The notes below the pieces were generated by a model, which was not told where the DNA came from, did no database searches, and saw only the letters and a list, made by a program, of their open reading frames with translations. A program made the translations under genes and the position numbers. DNA of 64,000 nucleotides from a virus, in the IMG/VR virus record IMGVR_UViG_3300038312_000193. One strand, written 5' to 3'. This document shows positions 21,034 to 32,828 of this stretch, piece after piece. Position 1 is the stretch's first letter, and every line of letters starts with the position of its first letter.

Positions 21034-22761
21034 TTATATTATTTTTTGTAGTTTCTCCATATATCCCCTATTAACTATTATTATATTATTATCAAAATTT
21101 AGATGATAAAGTTTAAATCCATTGTAATCATAAATATTGGTTATAACTGCTTTAACATTATTATAATTAATTTCTTTTATGTAATCTCCAATAATGTGTT
21201 GTACTTTAATCTTATTTATAATGAATATATCTCCAATTTCATATTCTTCTCTATCCCATAGTAACTTTCTATCTTCAGGAGAAGCAAAATCTAAATATCC
21301 ATTAAAAGTTCTTCCGTATATTTTATTAATTTTTATTTTACGCCATTCACAATATAAATTATCATCAAAATTCATAAGATCACAATAAGTCTCTTTTAGA
21401 GAATCATTTTTATTACCAATAGCTAAAATATCTCTATTATTATAATTAACCGTATAATATTTTCCATCATCCATTTCTAAAAGATATCCCGCTTTAATAT
21501 CATCTATATTGTACATACCTTTCTCCTTTCTTAACCAATTCGATTTTTGGTTTTAATTTTATAGATTACCAATATTTTATTTCCCCATTTTTTCTTACCT
21601 ACTATTTTTATATTATTTTTTAGTTATAAGTTCTTTTTTTAATCTTTCTACTTCTTCTTCAACAATCATAATAATACATGGTTCACTATCTTCATCATTG
21701 TTAAACTTAACTAATTCCAATTCTTTACCGTTATATTCATTACCATAGATTTTATACATAACCAAATAATCTCCATCATCACAAAGAATTTTATGACTAT
21801 TAGAAAATCTCTTTTTACATTCTTCGTATGTCATATTAATATATCTCCTTTATTTAATTCTCCTGTACAATATTATTATAATCAGTTTCAACGACACATT
21901 TTTCATCAACTCTAATTTGTACTAAATTACATTCACTATCCGCACCTACCACCTTACCTTTAACCCCTTTTAGGATACCATTTAAAATTGTTGCTTCTTG
22001 ATTGACTTTTACAGCCATTATTAATCCTCCTTTACATAATTGTATTTTTTATTTTCTTCTCTTAACGGACACCAATCTGGACTAGATTTTTTATAAACAT
22101 TCATTGGAATAGTTAATGCATCTAAAAAATCATCATCAAAAGTATTACCGTAAGTATCATAATCTGGGACAACATATTCACATACATATAAATATCCGTT
22201 TAAACCGTAATCCTCACAGTTTTCACAGGTCTTGCATTTTGGTGTTTTCATAATATATCATCCTTATTTATTTCTTTATGCTCTTTTTTAAACATATAAT
22301 ATTCATGCTTATTTCCGTCAAATAAAACTCTTTTACAATTTTTACAAGTAAGTTTATAATAGCCTGATTCATAAAAATATTCATCAGGCTCGACACGAAA
22401 TTCTTCTTTCAAATTTTTACAACTACATTTTTTATTATTCTTCATCTTCTATTTCTCCATCTTCCCCTCTAACATTCTTTTTTACAGCTTCCCATAATAA
22501 ATCACATAATTCTATTTGATTATTAGTTAATCGTGCCTCACCCGTTTCAAATAATAATGCTATAGAACATCCATAATCTTCATCTAAAATGATCTGTATA
22601 GGAATATCTTGTGAATAATTATCTCTTAAATATTCTAACATTTCTCCAATAGTAAACAGTTTTCTTTTGGTAATATTAGAATTAGTATCCCATTGCTTTA
22701 AAAATACTTTTTCTTTATAATTCAATTCATCCCATTGTTCTTTTGTAATTTGTTGTTTCAT
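21034..22761 (-). CDS. Run of small hypothetical genes (21034-21516, 21613-21834, 22021-22251, 22248-22445, 22435-22761)
   Basis: Co-oriented ORFs, most with an RBS. No recognisable domains. Confidence 0.6.
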
Positions 22762-22806
22762 ATTAATTCCTTTTTAATTCATTTTTCTAATAACTTTCAT
22801 ATGTAA

Positions 22807-23165
22807 TATAGAAAGTAATAGTTACCCGAAATACCTACTACTTTCTATAACCGTACCAACCAATACGGATTAGTCTTTTGACAGCAGGGACACGATATTG
22901 TGTTTACTGTTTTTGCTCGACCACAACTATCACTTTCGGGGAGTAATGGTTGAGTTTGATGTTTGATCCACCCTCAGTCTCCGTCAAGGAAACCTACTTC
23001 CCCCTCTTAGTTATAAGAGTCCCCAGATTTTTAGTTTTGTCTGCTTCCCACCCTTTATTCAGACCATGATTGAAATAACAGAGTTTTTTGAATCTCAATC
23101 ATCCCGTATATAATTCCACTACTTTTAATAGAATTTTTTAGCCACTCTGTCATTAGCTAAGTAGT
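22807..23165 (-). ncRNA. Unclassified structured ncRNA (about 360 nt)
   Basis: ORF-free, GC-enriched island with about 10 hairpins containing G-U pairs, a predicted loop-loop pairing, an upstream TATAAT and a terminal 15-bp hairpin (22807-22849). Confidence 0.7.
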
Positions 23166-23271
23166 TTCATTATATACACTCACCAAATTAACTTATAATA
23201 AAATAAAATAAGTATATCAAACTTTATTATGTATTTTTATTATAATTTTTTATATTATAGTTTTAATATAT

Positions 23272-23418
23272 TTAACTAATCTTATTAATTCCATAAAATA
23301 TTACATTAATAATTGCAAAACCAATATTAAGTACCGTTCCACAAATATTTTCTTTTGCCGCAAAATAAGCTGCTAATAGTATACATGCGACTATTAATAT
23401 TAAACTTATAGTAGACAT
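23272..23418 (-). CDS. Small membrane protein (48 aa)
   Basis: Manual translation MSTISLILIVACILLAAYFAAKENICGTVLNIGFAIINVIFYGINKIS after GGAGGGGG. Promoter at 23472-23500. Confidence 0.55.
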   Translation of the reverse strand: MSTISLILIVACILLAAYFAAKENICGTVLNIGFAIINVIFYGINKIS

Positions 23419-23599
23419 ATTTTCCCCCCTCCCTGCTTTTAAATATTATTAAGATCAAGCTCTCCTCTATTAGTATAATATCATATGTATTATTTGTCAA
23501 TATTTATTTTTTGCTTTTAATGAAAGTTTTTTATAAAATTCATAGTTCAAGAATCCCAATATTTAGGCATCCATTTCATGATAGAACTAGAATTTTATG

Positions 23600-26500
23600 T
23601 TAATCTTCATTTTCAATATTTATATTAATAAATATTTCATCCTTTACTATTTCTACTTCTTGACCAACATTATGATATTCTGATTCTCCCAACCATTTTA
23701 TTCCTATGTATGATACAGACTTATTATTTCTCATAAAATCAATATGAGTAATGTCACTATATTTATTAACTCTTTCATATTCTGGTTTATTCTTAATTAT
23801 TAATTTTGCTTGCGTTGCACTTTTGTCCAATTCAAAACCGTCATTTTTTCGATAACAAATATTATTTATAAATAATCTTTCTTTAATATCTCCTAACCAT
23901 ATAAATCTAACATCACTCATCGGAACTTGTATTACTTCACAATTTTCAAAAACTATATCAATTCTATCTATTTGTTTTCCCATTACTTCTCCTTTCTAAA
24001 ATCAACACCAAATTGATGATTTATTATATTATTTATTTTGGTAATATAGACATTAATACATTTCTTAAATCTATATTGTCTATTTCTTTTCCAGTTTCAA
24101 CTTCTCTAATAGATAAATTATCTTGTATATCTAAATTTCCTTGAAAAGTAACTATTTTACCTAATTCAGTTTCCCAAACTAATCCTAGAATTTTCTCATG
24201 GTCTACAATAACATACATTGGTTTACTTTCTCTCATATTAACTCCTTTCTTTAATCACTACCAAAGTGATATTCTATTTAATAAAGTGATCCATTTTTTA
24301 TTGATCTCCCAATAATATAACTTATTATTATAACAACTATAGGAACAACATATTTAGGGAATGTAACACAACCTATTATGACCCCTATTATTATACTGAT
24401 TATTAAACCTATTAGTATTAATCCTATTAAACCTAACAATACTGTCACAAGGATATCTAATAAAATATCTTTCAAAATAAAATAATTTCCTTTCTTTAAA
24501 GTTTGAATGAAACGTAGATTTGGTAACGAAATATTATCGTATTTCATAATGTACGCAATATGTAATTCCTTTAACACAACATTCATCTTCTTTATGTTCA
24601 TCAATATATTCACAATCAGAGCAATTCTTTTTCTTATAACATGAATTACATAAACATAATTTAACGCACATATCTTACCTCCAAATTATTATAGAATACA
24701 GTATTGAATTGATTTTATTATTTATATCTTTCATAGTCTTTATCTGTCATTAACTCATATGAAAAATCATTTAATTCACCATATCCTTTTTCTACACATT
24801 CATCTATATGTAAAACACAATCCTCTTCGGAATCAAATCTGTCAGACCATAATTCTCCATTTAATAAGACTTTCCACTCCACAACATCTTCATATTTATA
24901 TCTACTCATATTAATCCTTTCTTAAATATTGTTTTAAAACATTCATTTGGTTTTAACTTTCTACTTTTACCCAAAACCCATCTGCAAAATTTTCTTCAAC
25001 TTCCTTGATAGAATAATTTACATTTTCTTCTATCTCTCCATCTTCTACCCAAGTAATTATATATTTATTATCTTTCATTATTAAATTATATAGGTGATTT
25101 TCAGTAGGAAATTTTTCTATTAAATCTTGACTTAATCTAAATTTTACTTGCAAATTTAAACTCCTTTCTAATATTTAATCCAAAACTAGATTCTGATTAA
25201 ACTCTAATAAATCTATCAAGATATTTTTTCATGACTTCTTCAGTCTTATTAACTTTAATTACTTCATCTATATATTTGTTACAATCTTTACACATATATG
25301 GACTTACATGATTTTTGATATCAGATAATGCCCAAGCATAACCAAGCCTTAAAACACTTTCAAATTGCTTTGTAGGAAACATGTCATTAAATAAGTTTGT
25401 TACTTCTTGATTAATTGGATTTTCTTTACGTCTAAATTCCATAATTTCTTCAATTCTATTTAAGTAATCTTTATCATTAGTCATATGTATTTCCTTTCTT
25501 TATTTTAATAATTTTATAAAAGAGAAATTTGGTTGAAATTAATCTAAAACTTGTTTAATCGTATGTGTTAACCCAACGCCTAATAAAAATAAACAATAGG
25601 CTATTGTAATAATAACAAGGGTAGGTTTATCAAAAACGAACATCATGATAAAACCAATTGGAGCTAAAATGCACAAAGGAACCCCAATAATATAAGGCAA
25701 CAAAGATAAAAAACGATCCATAATTCTCCTTTCTATATTGAGTTAAAAGGGTTATTTGATTACGATTCTAATCCCAACCTTCAGTAACATCTAATACCTC
25801 ACCGCATTCACATTCAACTTTGACGACATCATCTAATCCAGTAGGAATAAACGTATAACTCAATCTTACACCCGTAACGTCACCACGTTTACTTGCATTG
25901 CATTTATGACCAGTTTCAGCATTATCCCATTGTTTAATTTTTTCTATTTGGGTATCACTTAATTCAAATACTCTCATAACTGCCTCCCTTCACTCGTTAT
26001 AAAATCGGGGTTTTAATCTATTAATTGTTTAATTATTTCTTCTTTATCTTTTTTAGATAACTTATCACTTTCTTTTAACAATCCTAAAGCATCTTCTTTA
26101 TGTTCTAGTAGATATTTTTTAATATATTTCGATTTCATTTGTTTGATATAATTAAATTCATTCCATACCTTTTTAATAAAAGGATAAATCTTATCTAAAA
26201 AATCATCGTTATCTATAAGATGTATATATTCCAGAATAAAATTACCAATACTATTATTTTTTAATCCTGTCAATTTGGCATAATCAATATTATCTAATAT
26301 AATTTTTACTTCATTTTCATTTAAATTTTGATATTTATAAATATTTGCAAAATTATTTCCATGCGTTTCAGTCATTTTTTGTCCCATTAATTTAAGATAC
26401 TTTTCTGTTTTTAATAATGGATTTCTCAATACATATTGCCAAGGTATTTCCGAATAATTTTTATTACATTGCTCTTTAACGGATTTCAAAGAACTACTAC

Positions 26501-28538
26501 TCCAAAAATGCAAATTATATTGAAAGAAATTCCCATTGCAATTATAATGATTTCTCATAGTATCAAAAAAGATATCTAATTCTTCTTCATTCCAATCTAT
26601 AGGCAATCTAAAATTATTAATATCTTTTGGTCTTTTTATATTAAGAATATTAAACATTTCAATAATTTCATTTTTGTGTGAATAATATTCTGTTAATACC
26701 CTTAACCATAATGGAGTTTCTTCTGTTGACCAAGATTCTTCATAATCTTTTTCATAAACAACCGCAAGGAATTTAGTGAAATTATCTTTATTAATATTGT
26801 TTGAGATTAAATCAATGAATAGAGAATTTTTACACTTTTCATTCGATAATTTAACTTCCTCTTTTAATTGCCTTGCTTCATTTCGTAATTTTTGATTTTC
26901 TTCTCTTAGTTGAATATTGTTGTTTTTAATATCATCAATTTCGCTTTGAACTGATGCTAAAAGGATAGTTTTACATTTCTCTCTATACTCTATAAACAAT
27001 TCATCTAAAGGCGTTGGCTCATAAATCTGCTCATCATAATATTCATTATATCCATACATTTTTTACTTCCTCCTATATTTATTTTTATAACATTATAAAA
27101 GCTGGATTTGGTATTAATCTTGCTCACCACAAAATCCTTTAACCAACCACTTAAAAGTAGCATACAATTCTTCTAATGATTCAAATTCACTATTAATATT
27201 TAATCCCCTGGTAAACACATCATATATATCTACTTGCTTATTAAGACTATATCCCTGGTTAATCATCCACCCTGTTAAATTATCAAATAAGTGTTTAATA
27301 TATGTCTTCTCTCCATCATGCCCATTTGTAAATTCATACACTGTTTCAATACTTATGGAATACATTTTACTTTCTTTATTATAAGTAATATCAATGTCAT
27401 TCATTGTATATAGATTTGCTTCACTATAAGACGGATCGTTTGCTGATTTGATTCCCCAAATAAATTTATATGTATCTTCGTATTTTTCATATTCTTTAGA
27501 ATATTGATGTTTATTCCATAGTGATTTTAATTTACGAAACATATTATTCTCCTTTATTATTATATTATACATTTAATGTAAAATCAAACATTTATAACGA
27601 TTTTATATACTAATTAGTGTAAGATTTACTTCCATATCATTTTGATAAATATCAATATTTCTTTGTAAAGATTCTTGTAACTGTTTTATTTCATTTTTTA
27701 TTCTTATATCTTTTTCTTTGAATGTTTTATCACCAATCTTTATATTTCCTAATTTTCTTAGTAGTTGAATAATTCATACTTCCTCCTTCTTAATTTGTAG
27801 CATCTGTATTTTTTGGTTTCCTACTTTTCTTTTTCTCTTTACTACTCTCATATACCGATTTCAATAATTGCCCTACATATGTATTAGTACCCTCATAAAA
27901 TATAATCACTTCGGCCTTTTCTTGTTTGTTTAAAGTTTCAAATTCTACAATAAGATGTTGTATTGCTTGCTCTACATTGTTACATATAAGTAGAATGTCA
28001 TCAGAATTCAAACCGATTATATTTGATTTACGTTTCAATATGTATACTCCTTTCTATATATTTATATTATAATTTTAATACAATGTTTGAATAAAATCAA
28101 TAGTTGGTCATATTATTTATTGCAGTTTTAATATTCCTGTTTGCATTTCTTCTAACATAATTATGTATTTATATTTTTCATCTATAATTTCACTTATATT
28201 GCATTCTTTATCTGAATCTTTATGAAAACTAATACCATCTAAATTGCAGGTTTTATAACTTTCTCGATAATCATGACTAATACAATATCCGCATTTGCTT
28301 TTAACACATTTCATTATCAACCCTCCTTTATTTTTACATATTGATTCTTTTATATTAATATTATTGACTCTTCTTTAGATATTGTTAATTTTCCATCTTT
28401 ATCAATATGAATATAACAATCTTCTTTAGGTTCAAGATATATATCACCATTTGCATAATGAATAATAGTAATATTTTCAGCTTCAATAGTTAATTTATTT
28501 TCATCTATTGTAAACATCGAATTATTAATCACAATCAA
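23600..28538 (-). CDS. Array of about 13 hypothetical genes (including the 348-aa 26013-27059), almost all separated by 18-bp sites
   Basis: ORF track plus AGGAG RBSs. No recognised domains. Confidence 0.6.
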
Positions 28539-28550
28539 ACCTCCATTTCA

Positions 28551-28925
28551 TTAAGATGCTTTTATCAAACTTTTATGATAATCTTTTAAAAATTGTGGCG
28601 TTTGCATTGTTGTATATCCGACCATTTCTTTTATGATTTTTCTTTTAGATTTAAACGTCATAAGAATATTATTATGTTTTTTATGATACCCCTTACGACC
28701 TAGTATACAATTACATCTATAACAACAAGTTGCTAAATTATATTCGTTATTATTTCCTCCTTTACTTTTAGGAATTATATGATCTAATGTCGCAATATTA
28801 TTAGGCATAGGAGTATTTTTATTGGGATAATATACTATTACCTGTTCACCACAATACAAACAAGTAAAATTATCTCTCTCATATAATTTTATATGATTCA
28901 AATTATCACCTACTTTCATTAGCAA
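28551..28925 (-). CDS. HNH endonuclease
   Basis: RDNFTCLYCG...TLDHIIPKSKGG...NLATCCYRCN. Confidence 0.85.
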   Translation of the reverse strand: MLMKVGDNLNHIKLYERDNFTCLYCGEQVIVYYPNKNTPMPNNIATLDHIIPKSKGGNNNEYNLATCCYRCNCILGRKGYHKKHNNILMTFKSKRKIIKEMVGYTTMQTPQFLKDYHKSLIKAS

Positions 28926-28944
28926 ATGATGTTTTGGTTATGAT

Positions 28945-29133
28945 TTATCTTCTATATTTAATTCTTATATAAGGCCAAAATAAATCAACTACCCAACCAT
29001 ATATTCTAAGATAAATCTTTTGCCACCATTTTAAATGAAAATTTTCAATATAAAAATATTTCATTTTTCCTCTTGTTGTATTGCTCGAATATATTGATTC
29101 AATTTTACTACCATTTTTAAATTCAATTTTCAT
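28945..29133 (-). CDS. Small protein resembling a terminase large-subunit fragment
   Basis: MKIEFKNGSKIESIYSSNTTRGK resembles the terminase IxFxNGSxI...RG segment. RBS GGAGG before 29133. Confidence 0.45.
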   Translation of the reverse strand: MKIEFKNGSKIESIYSSNTTRGKMKYFYIENFHLKWWQKIYLRIYGWVVDLFWPYIRIKYRR

Positions 29134-29146
29134 AATGCCTCCAAAT

Positions 29147-29641
29147 CTACATTTCATAAAAATCTGATAACATAATATATAAAATCAAAGCATTTCTTTT
29201 GCCAATCTTAGATTCACAATAAGAGATTTTTTCTTCTGGATTAATCCTAACATTAAATTCTACAATAATATTTCTGAATTGTTCCATAAAATTATTAATA
29301 ATTTCATTTCCATCTTCATCGCGACATAATCTACAAATCAATATCCTTAAATATGCACCTGCTTTATCTCCGTCTATTGGTATAACACTATTATAAGCAT
29401 TTTTCAAAAATGTATCATAGGCAATGTAAGATTCTATTGTAAGTTTAACATAATCCTCTATTGGTATTTGATAAACATTTGCTACAGAAGAAGACCTGTA
29501 AAATATTTTTAAAATATCTTCATATGAAATTATTCCTTTAAACCCTGGATATTTTTTAAATTCTTGTTCTACTACGTTGTATAAAACATTGACTGCTACA
29601 TCAAAGTTTTCAATATTTGTATCACATTCTTTCAAATACAC
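29147..29641 (-). CDS. Hypothetical protein resembling a tape-measure-protein segment
   Basis: YEDILKIFYRSSSVANVYQIPIEDYVKL...GDKAGAYLRILICRL recalls the TP901-type TMP core. Confidence 0.35.
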   Translation of the reverse strand: MYLKECDTNIENFDVAVNVLYNVVEQEFKKYPGFKGIISYEDILKIFYRSSSVANVYQIPIEDYVKLTIESYIAYDTFLKNAYNSVIPIDGDKAGAYLRILICRLCRDEDGNEIINNFMEQFRNIIVEFNVRINPEEKISYCESKIGKRNALILYIMLSDFYEM

Positions 29642-30145
29642 TTAATCACCATCCTCCTTTCATTCATTATGAAATGTCTATTTGATTATTACTTTTCATT
29701 TTCTAATTGTGTTATAAAATTCATCATTGCCTTAATAGATAATAAAGCACCTTTCCGAGCCTCAATTGGTATAACATCATTCTTTTTCTTTTGTCCATCA
29801 ATTAATTTTTGTTTTTCTTTTTTAAGGTAATCCAAAACCGCTTTTCTACTTATTAAATCATTATCCATTTTTATACCTCCATTACTTTTAATAGAATACC
29901 GATATTATTCAAATTACTCAATATAAATTGTTAATGAATTATCAATAACTTCAAGTTTTTTAACTATCGCTTCAACATAACTATTCGCTAAATTATCTAA
30001 GGTTTCAAACTCGGCAAATGATCCATATTTCTCACTCTGGAGATAAATTCTAGCATTACTATCTGTACAATATACCTTTGAAATATCCTTTACTTTCATT
30101 TTTAAAATCCTCCTTTTAAAAATCATTATCAAATATAAGTTTCGT

Positions 30146-30379
30146 TTAATCTATTAACTTATATTTAAAAACAATCTCACGTTTTCCACCACACATATCA
30201 TCAAGTATTTGTTGCATTTTTTTAACTAATTGCTCTCCTGTCATAACTGGTTCATGCGGTAAAGTTTTAGCTATTTTAGGAACTTCGATATATACAACAT
30301 TACAATCAGTCCACTTTTTTATTTTAACGCCCATTTGCTCCCATGCCCCTAACATCCCTTTAACTATTAATTCATTCAT
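30146..30379 (-). CDS. Hypothetical protein behind a structured leader
   Basis: ORF with RBS. Promoter at 30570-30597. Confidence 0.6.
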   Translation of the reverse strand: MNELIVKGMLGAWEQMGVKIKKWTDCNVVYIEVPKIAKTLPHEPVMTGEQLVKKMQQILDDMCGGKREIVFKYKLID

Positions 30380-30415
30380 AAAAATTACCTTCTTTCTTAG
30401 ATAAGTTAATCTATA

Positions 30416-30512
30416 GGGAGAAGCGGAATATTCTCGTCAGAATATTTTCACTACCACTTCTCCCACATGTCAAAAAGGTTGATGGACTCAGTAGTTAGCC
30501 CATCTAGCTAAC
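30416..30512 (-). promoter_or_regulatory. Structured 5' leader or small RNA
   Basis: Stems GTTAGC/GCTAAC versus the alternative GATGGGCT/AGTCCATC, then GGGAGAAGTGG/CCGCTTCTCCC enclosing AATATTCT-GACG-AGAATATT. Confidence 0.5.
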
Positions 30513-30992
30513 ATATAAAAATCAAATGCTAATTCTATATTAACATAAATTATCTATATCTTAATATCAATAATACCACACTCAGCATCATTGTCAACAT
30601 ATTTATTTTATATTTTTAATTAAAAATGAGGATAGAACTTCTTCTTATCCTCTATCTTTATGCCAATGGATTACAACTTCTCTACATTCATCAAAAGTAT
30701 TAAACATTAATCCATATTTTAATGAATTATAAGAAACGTATAAATCACAATTATCTTTTATACATTGCTCTAATCCACAACGTTTTTTAAAACAAGTAAT
30801 ATAAAAATGGTAATTACCATTTGGTATGTGAAAAATAAAACTTACCAACCCTGTTTCTCTATTTTTATGTTGCCAAGTTTCATATACTTTTCTTTTTTTA
30901 ATTTTTTGAAATTTCACTTTGTCATTCTCCACTCTTATTAAATATGTATTAGGCATGTGGAATTACTGAATGACTATGTGAAATTTTAAATA

Positions 30993-31388
30993 TTATAAAT
31001 TATTACCAATCAATCCTTTTAATACGTCTATTACATCATAAGTTATTTCTTTACTTTCCTTATTCATTATAAAACCATTAAATTTTACTTCATTTTCTTC
31101 TAATTGCGTTTGAATTTGACCTAATAGCTTATATATGTCATTATCTTCCATGCCGCTATTAATGTCAAGGATATAATTATCATTATTGTCTTTTAATAGT
31201 TCATCAAGAGTAATTTGATTATATTGAGCAATAATAATCAATCTGGTGATATCTATAGTCTTTATAGTCTCTTTCTTTTTTAAATCCAAAAGCCAATCGC
31301 CGGGGAGTCCCATTGCTTTACCCCAATCGGCATAATTTTTATATCCAGACCGTTCAAATAGTTTATTAATTTTCTGTCCAATATTCAT
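30993..31388 (-). CDS. XRE-like HTH regulator
   Basis: NIGQKINKL...YADWGKAMGL...RLIIIAQYNQITLDELL. Confidence 0.7.
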   Translation of the reverse strand: MNIGQKINKLFERSGYKNYADWGKAMGLPGDWLLDLKKKETIKTIDITRLIIIAQYNQITLDELLKDNNDNYILDINSGMEDNDIYKLLGQIQTQLEENEVKFNGFIMNKESKEITYDVIDVLKGLIGNNL

Positions 31389-31413
31389 TTATTCAACTCC
31401 TTTATTTATTAAG

Positions 31414-31803
31414 TTACTGCCATTTATTATTAATATACTTTTGCCCGTAATTATTTTGAGTAAAACATAATAATTCTCTCTCAGTAGAAAAAATTAATGA
31501 ATTTTTATTTATCCATTCATTATAATTATTTTCAATTTTACATAATCTCCATTGTTCGGGATATTTTAATATACTCACTAGATTTTCTTGTCCTTTTTCT
31601 ATTTGTTTAAGAAGGCGGTAATTTGTTTTTTCATATAATAAACGATTTAATGTATCGAAACTTGTTTCTTTTATTAATTTTTCTAATATCTCTATTTGTG
31701 AATTAAGATAAGAGATATGTTTGAAATTATATCCCTTATCTATTAATCCATCTTTAAGATATGTTATTATTTTATATCTTCTCCACATTGTTACTAGAAT
31801 CAT
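31414..31803 (-). CDS. Hypothetical protein
   Basis: ORF overlapping the stop of the upstream gene. Confidence 0.55.
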   Translation of the reverse strand: MILVTMWRRYKIITYLKDGLIDKGYNFKHISYLNSQIEILEKLIKETSFDTLNRLLYEKTNYRLLKQIEKGQENLVSILKYPEQWRLCKIENNYNEWINKNSLIFSTERELLCFTQNNYGQKYINNKWQ

Positions 31804-32825
31804 ACACGCAACAACTCCTTATACTGATAAAACATATCTTTTATTACGTACCAGTAAGAAGATTCTTTATTGCTTGTATTTTCTTTAACACCATAGTTAT
31901 ATCGGACACAAACATCATCAAAATCTCTATCGGTTATTTCACCTTTTTCTTTATAAATATCAAAACACATTTGTAACATCCCCGAAAAATAGATGCTGGA
32001 GTATGTTAAATACCTATTATCACATGCTTCTTGAATCTTTCTCATCCTAGAATTTAATAAACTAGGTGTAAATATTTCAAACTTATTTTTCCCTGGTTTT
32101 CTAAGAACATATCTATTTATTAATTCATCTGTTTTTGACTTCCCAGTTTTATTGATAATACTCTTTCTAGGATCGGGTATTTTAGGGTTATTAGTCATTT
32201 CACCATTATTTTCTATATAATACTCTTGTTCATATGCCTCTCTAATTACATCAAAAATAAAATTAGGAACATTATCTAATATCCTAGACACACCATCATT
32301 TTGTCTTAAAATAAGAATATTTTCTTTTTCATTAATATCATCAATTGTTAAATTAATCACTTCTTCCATTGTACCATCGTCTATAGTTCTACCTCTTACG
32401 CCTATATAAGGCAACCATAAAATTAGTTGGTCTTGATAATTAAATAAGGTGTTTTGGTACTGAATCATCTTTTCTCTAGGGATATATTTGCTTAACAATG
32501 CTTGACGATGAACAAAATCATTAATGTCTATATATCTTGCTCTATTTTCCATGTGAGATACAATTTTTTTACTCACGCAAAAATCAATATAATTCACCAG
32601 AATAGATTTATTCTTACCTGCGCCACGTTTTGAAGTGTTACGCAAAGTGGCAAACATTTCATTTAACTCAGGAATACTAAGATTATAAACTTGTTTACCA
32701 ACTTGATTCTCGTAATTATCAAATTCACGCAACACAAAAGCATCAGAATCAGCAGTTCCAGTTGGTTTACTTTGTAGATATTCTTGTTTAATTTCGTTAT
32801 TAACAGAAAATTCAATATTTGCCAT
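31800..32825 (-). CDS. Tyrosine-recombinase-fold protein, probably a catalytically dead repressor (SPbeta YopR/MrpR-like)
   Basis: DQLILWLPYIGVRG...EEVINLTIDDI is integrase box I-like. HxxR is replaced by YSSIYFSG. Lies next to a DGQHR gene. Confidence 0.65.
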   Translation of the reverse strand: MANIEFSVNNEIKQEYLQSKPTGTADSDAFVLREFDNYENQVGKQVYNLSIPELNEMFATLRNTSKRGAGKNKSILVNYIDFCVSKKIVSHMENRARYIDINDFVHRQALLSKYIPREKMIQYQNTLFNYQDQLILWLPYIGVRGRTIDDGTMEEVINLTIDDINEKENILILRQNDGVSRILDNVPNFIFDVIREAYEQEYYIENNGEMTNNPKIPDPRKSIINKTGKSKTDELINRYVLRKPGKNKFEIFTPSLLNSRMRKIQEACDNRYLTYSSIYFSGMLQMCFDIYKEKGEITDRDFDDVCVRYNYGVKENTSNKESSYWYVIKDMFYQYKELLRV

Positions 32826-32828
32826 TGA

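Noticed and set aside
22807-23165. tRNA, tmRNA, RNase P, SRP or T-box identity for the structured RNA
   Set aside because: None of their conserved sequence hallmarks was found by eye. No tRNA was seen anywhere in the window.
30425-30452. Hammerhead ribozyme (CTGACGA and GAAA on the minus strand)
   Set aside because: The motifs are only 5 nt apart and lie inside one hairpin. The required three-stem topology is absent.
31800-32825. Active prophage integrase
   Set aside because: The HxxR catalytic motif is missing and the context matches a YopR-like repressor.
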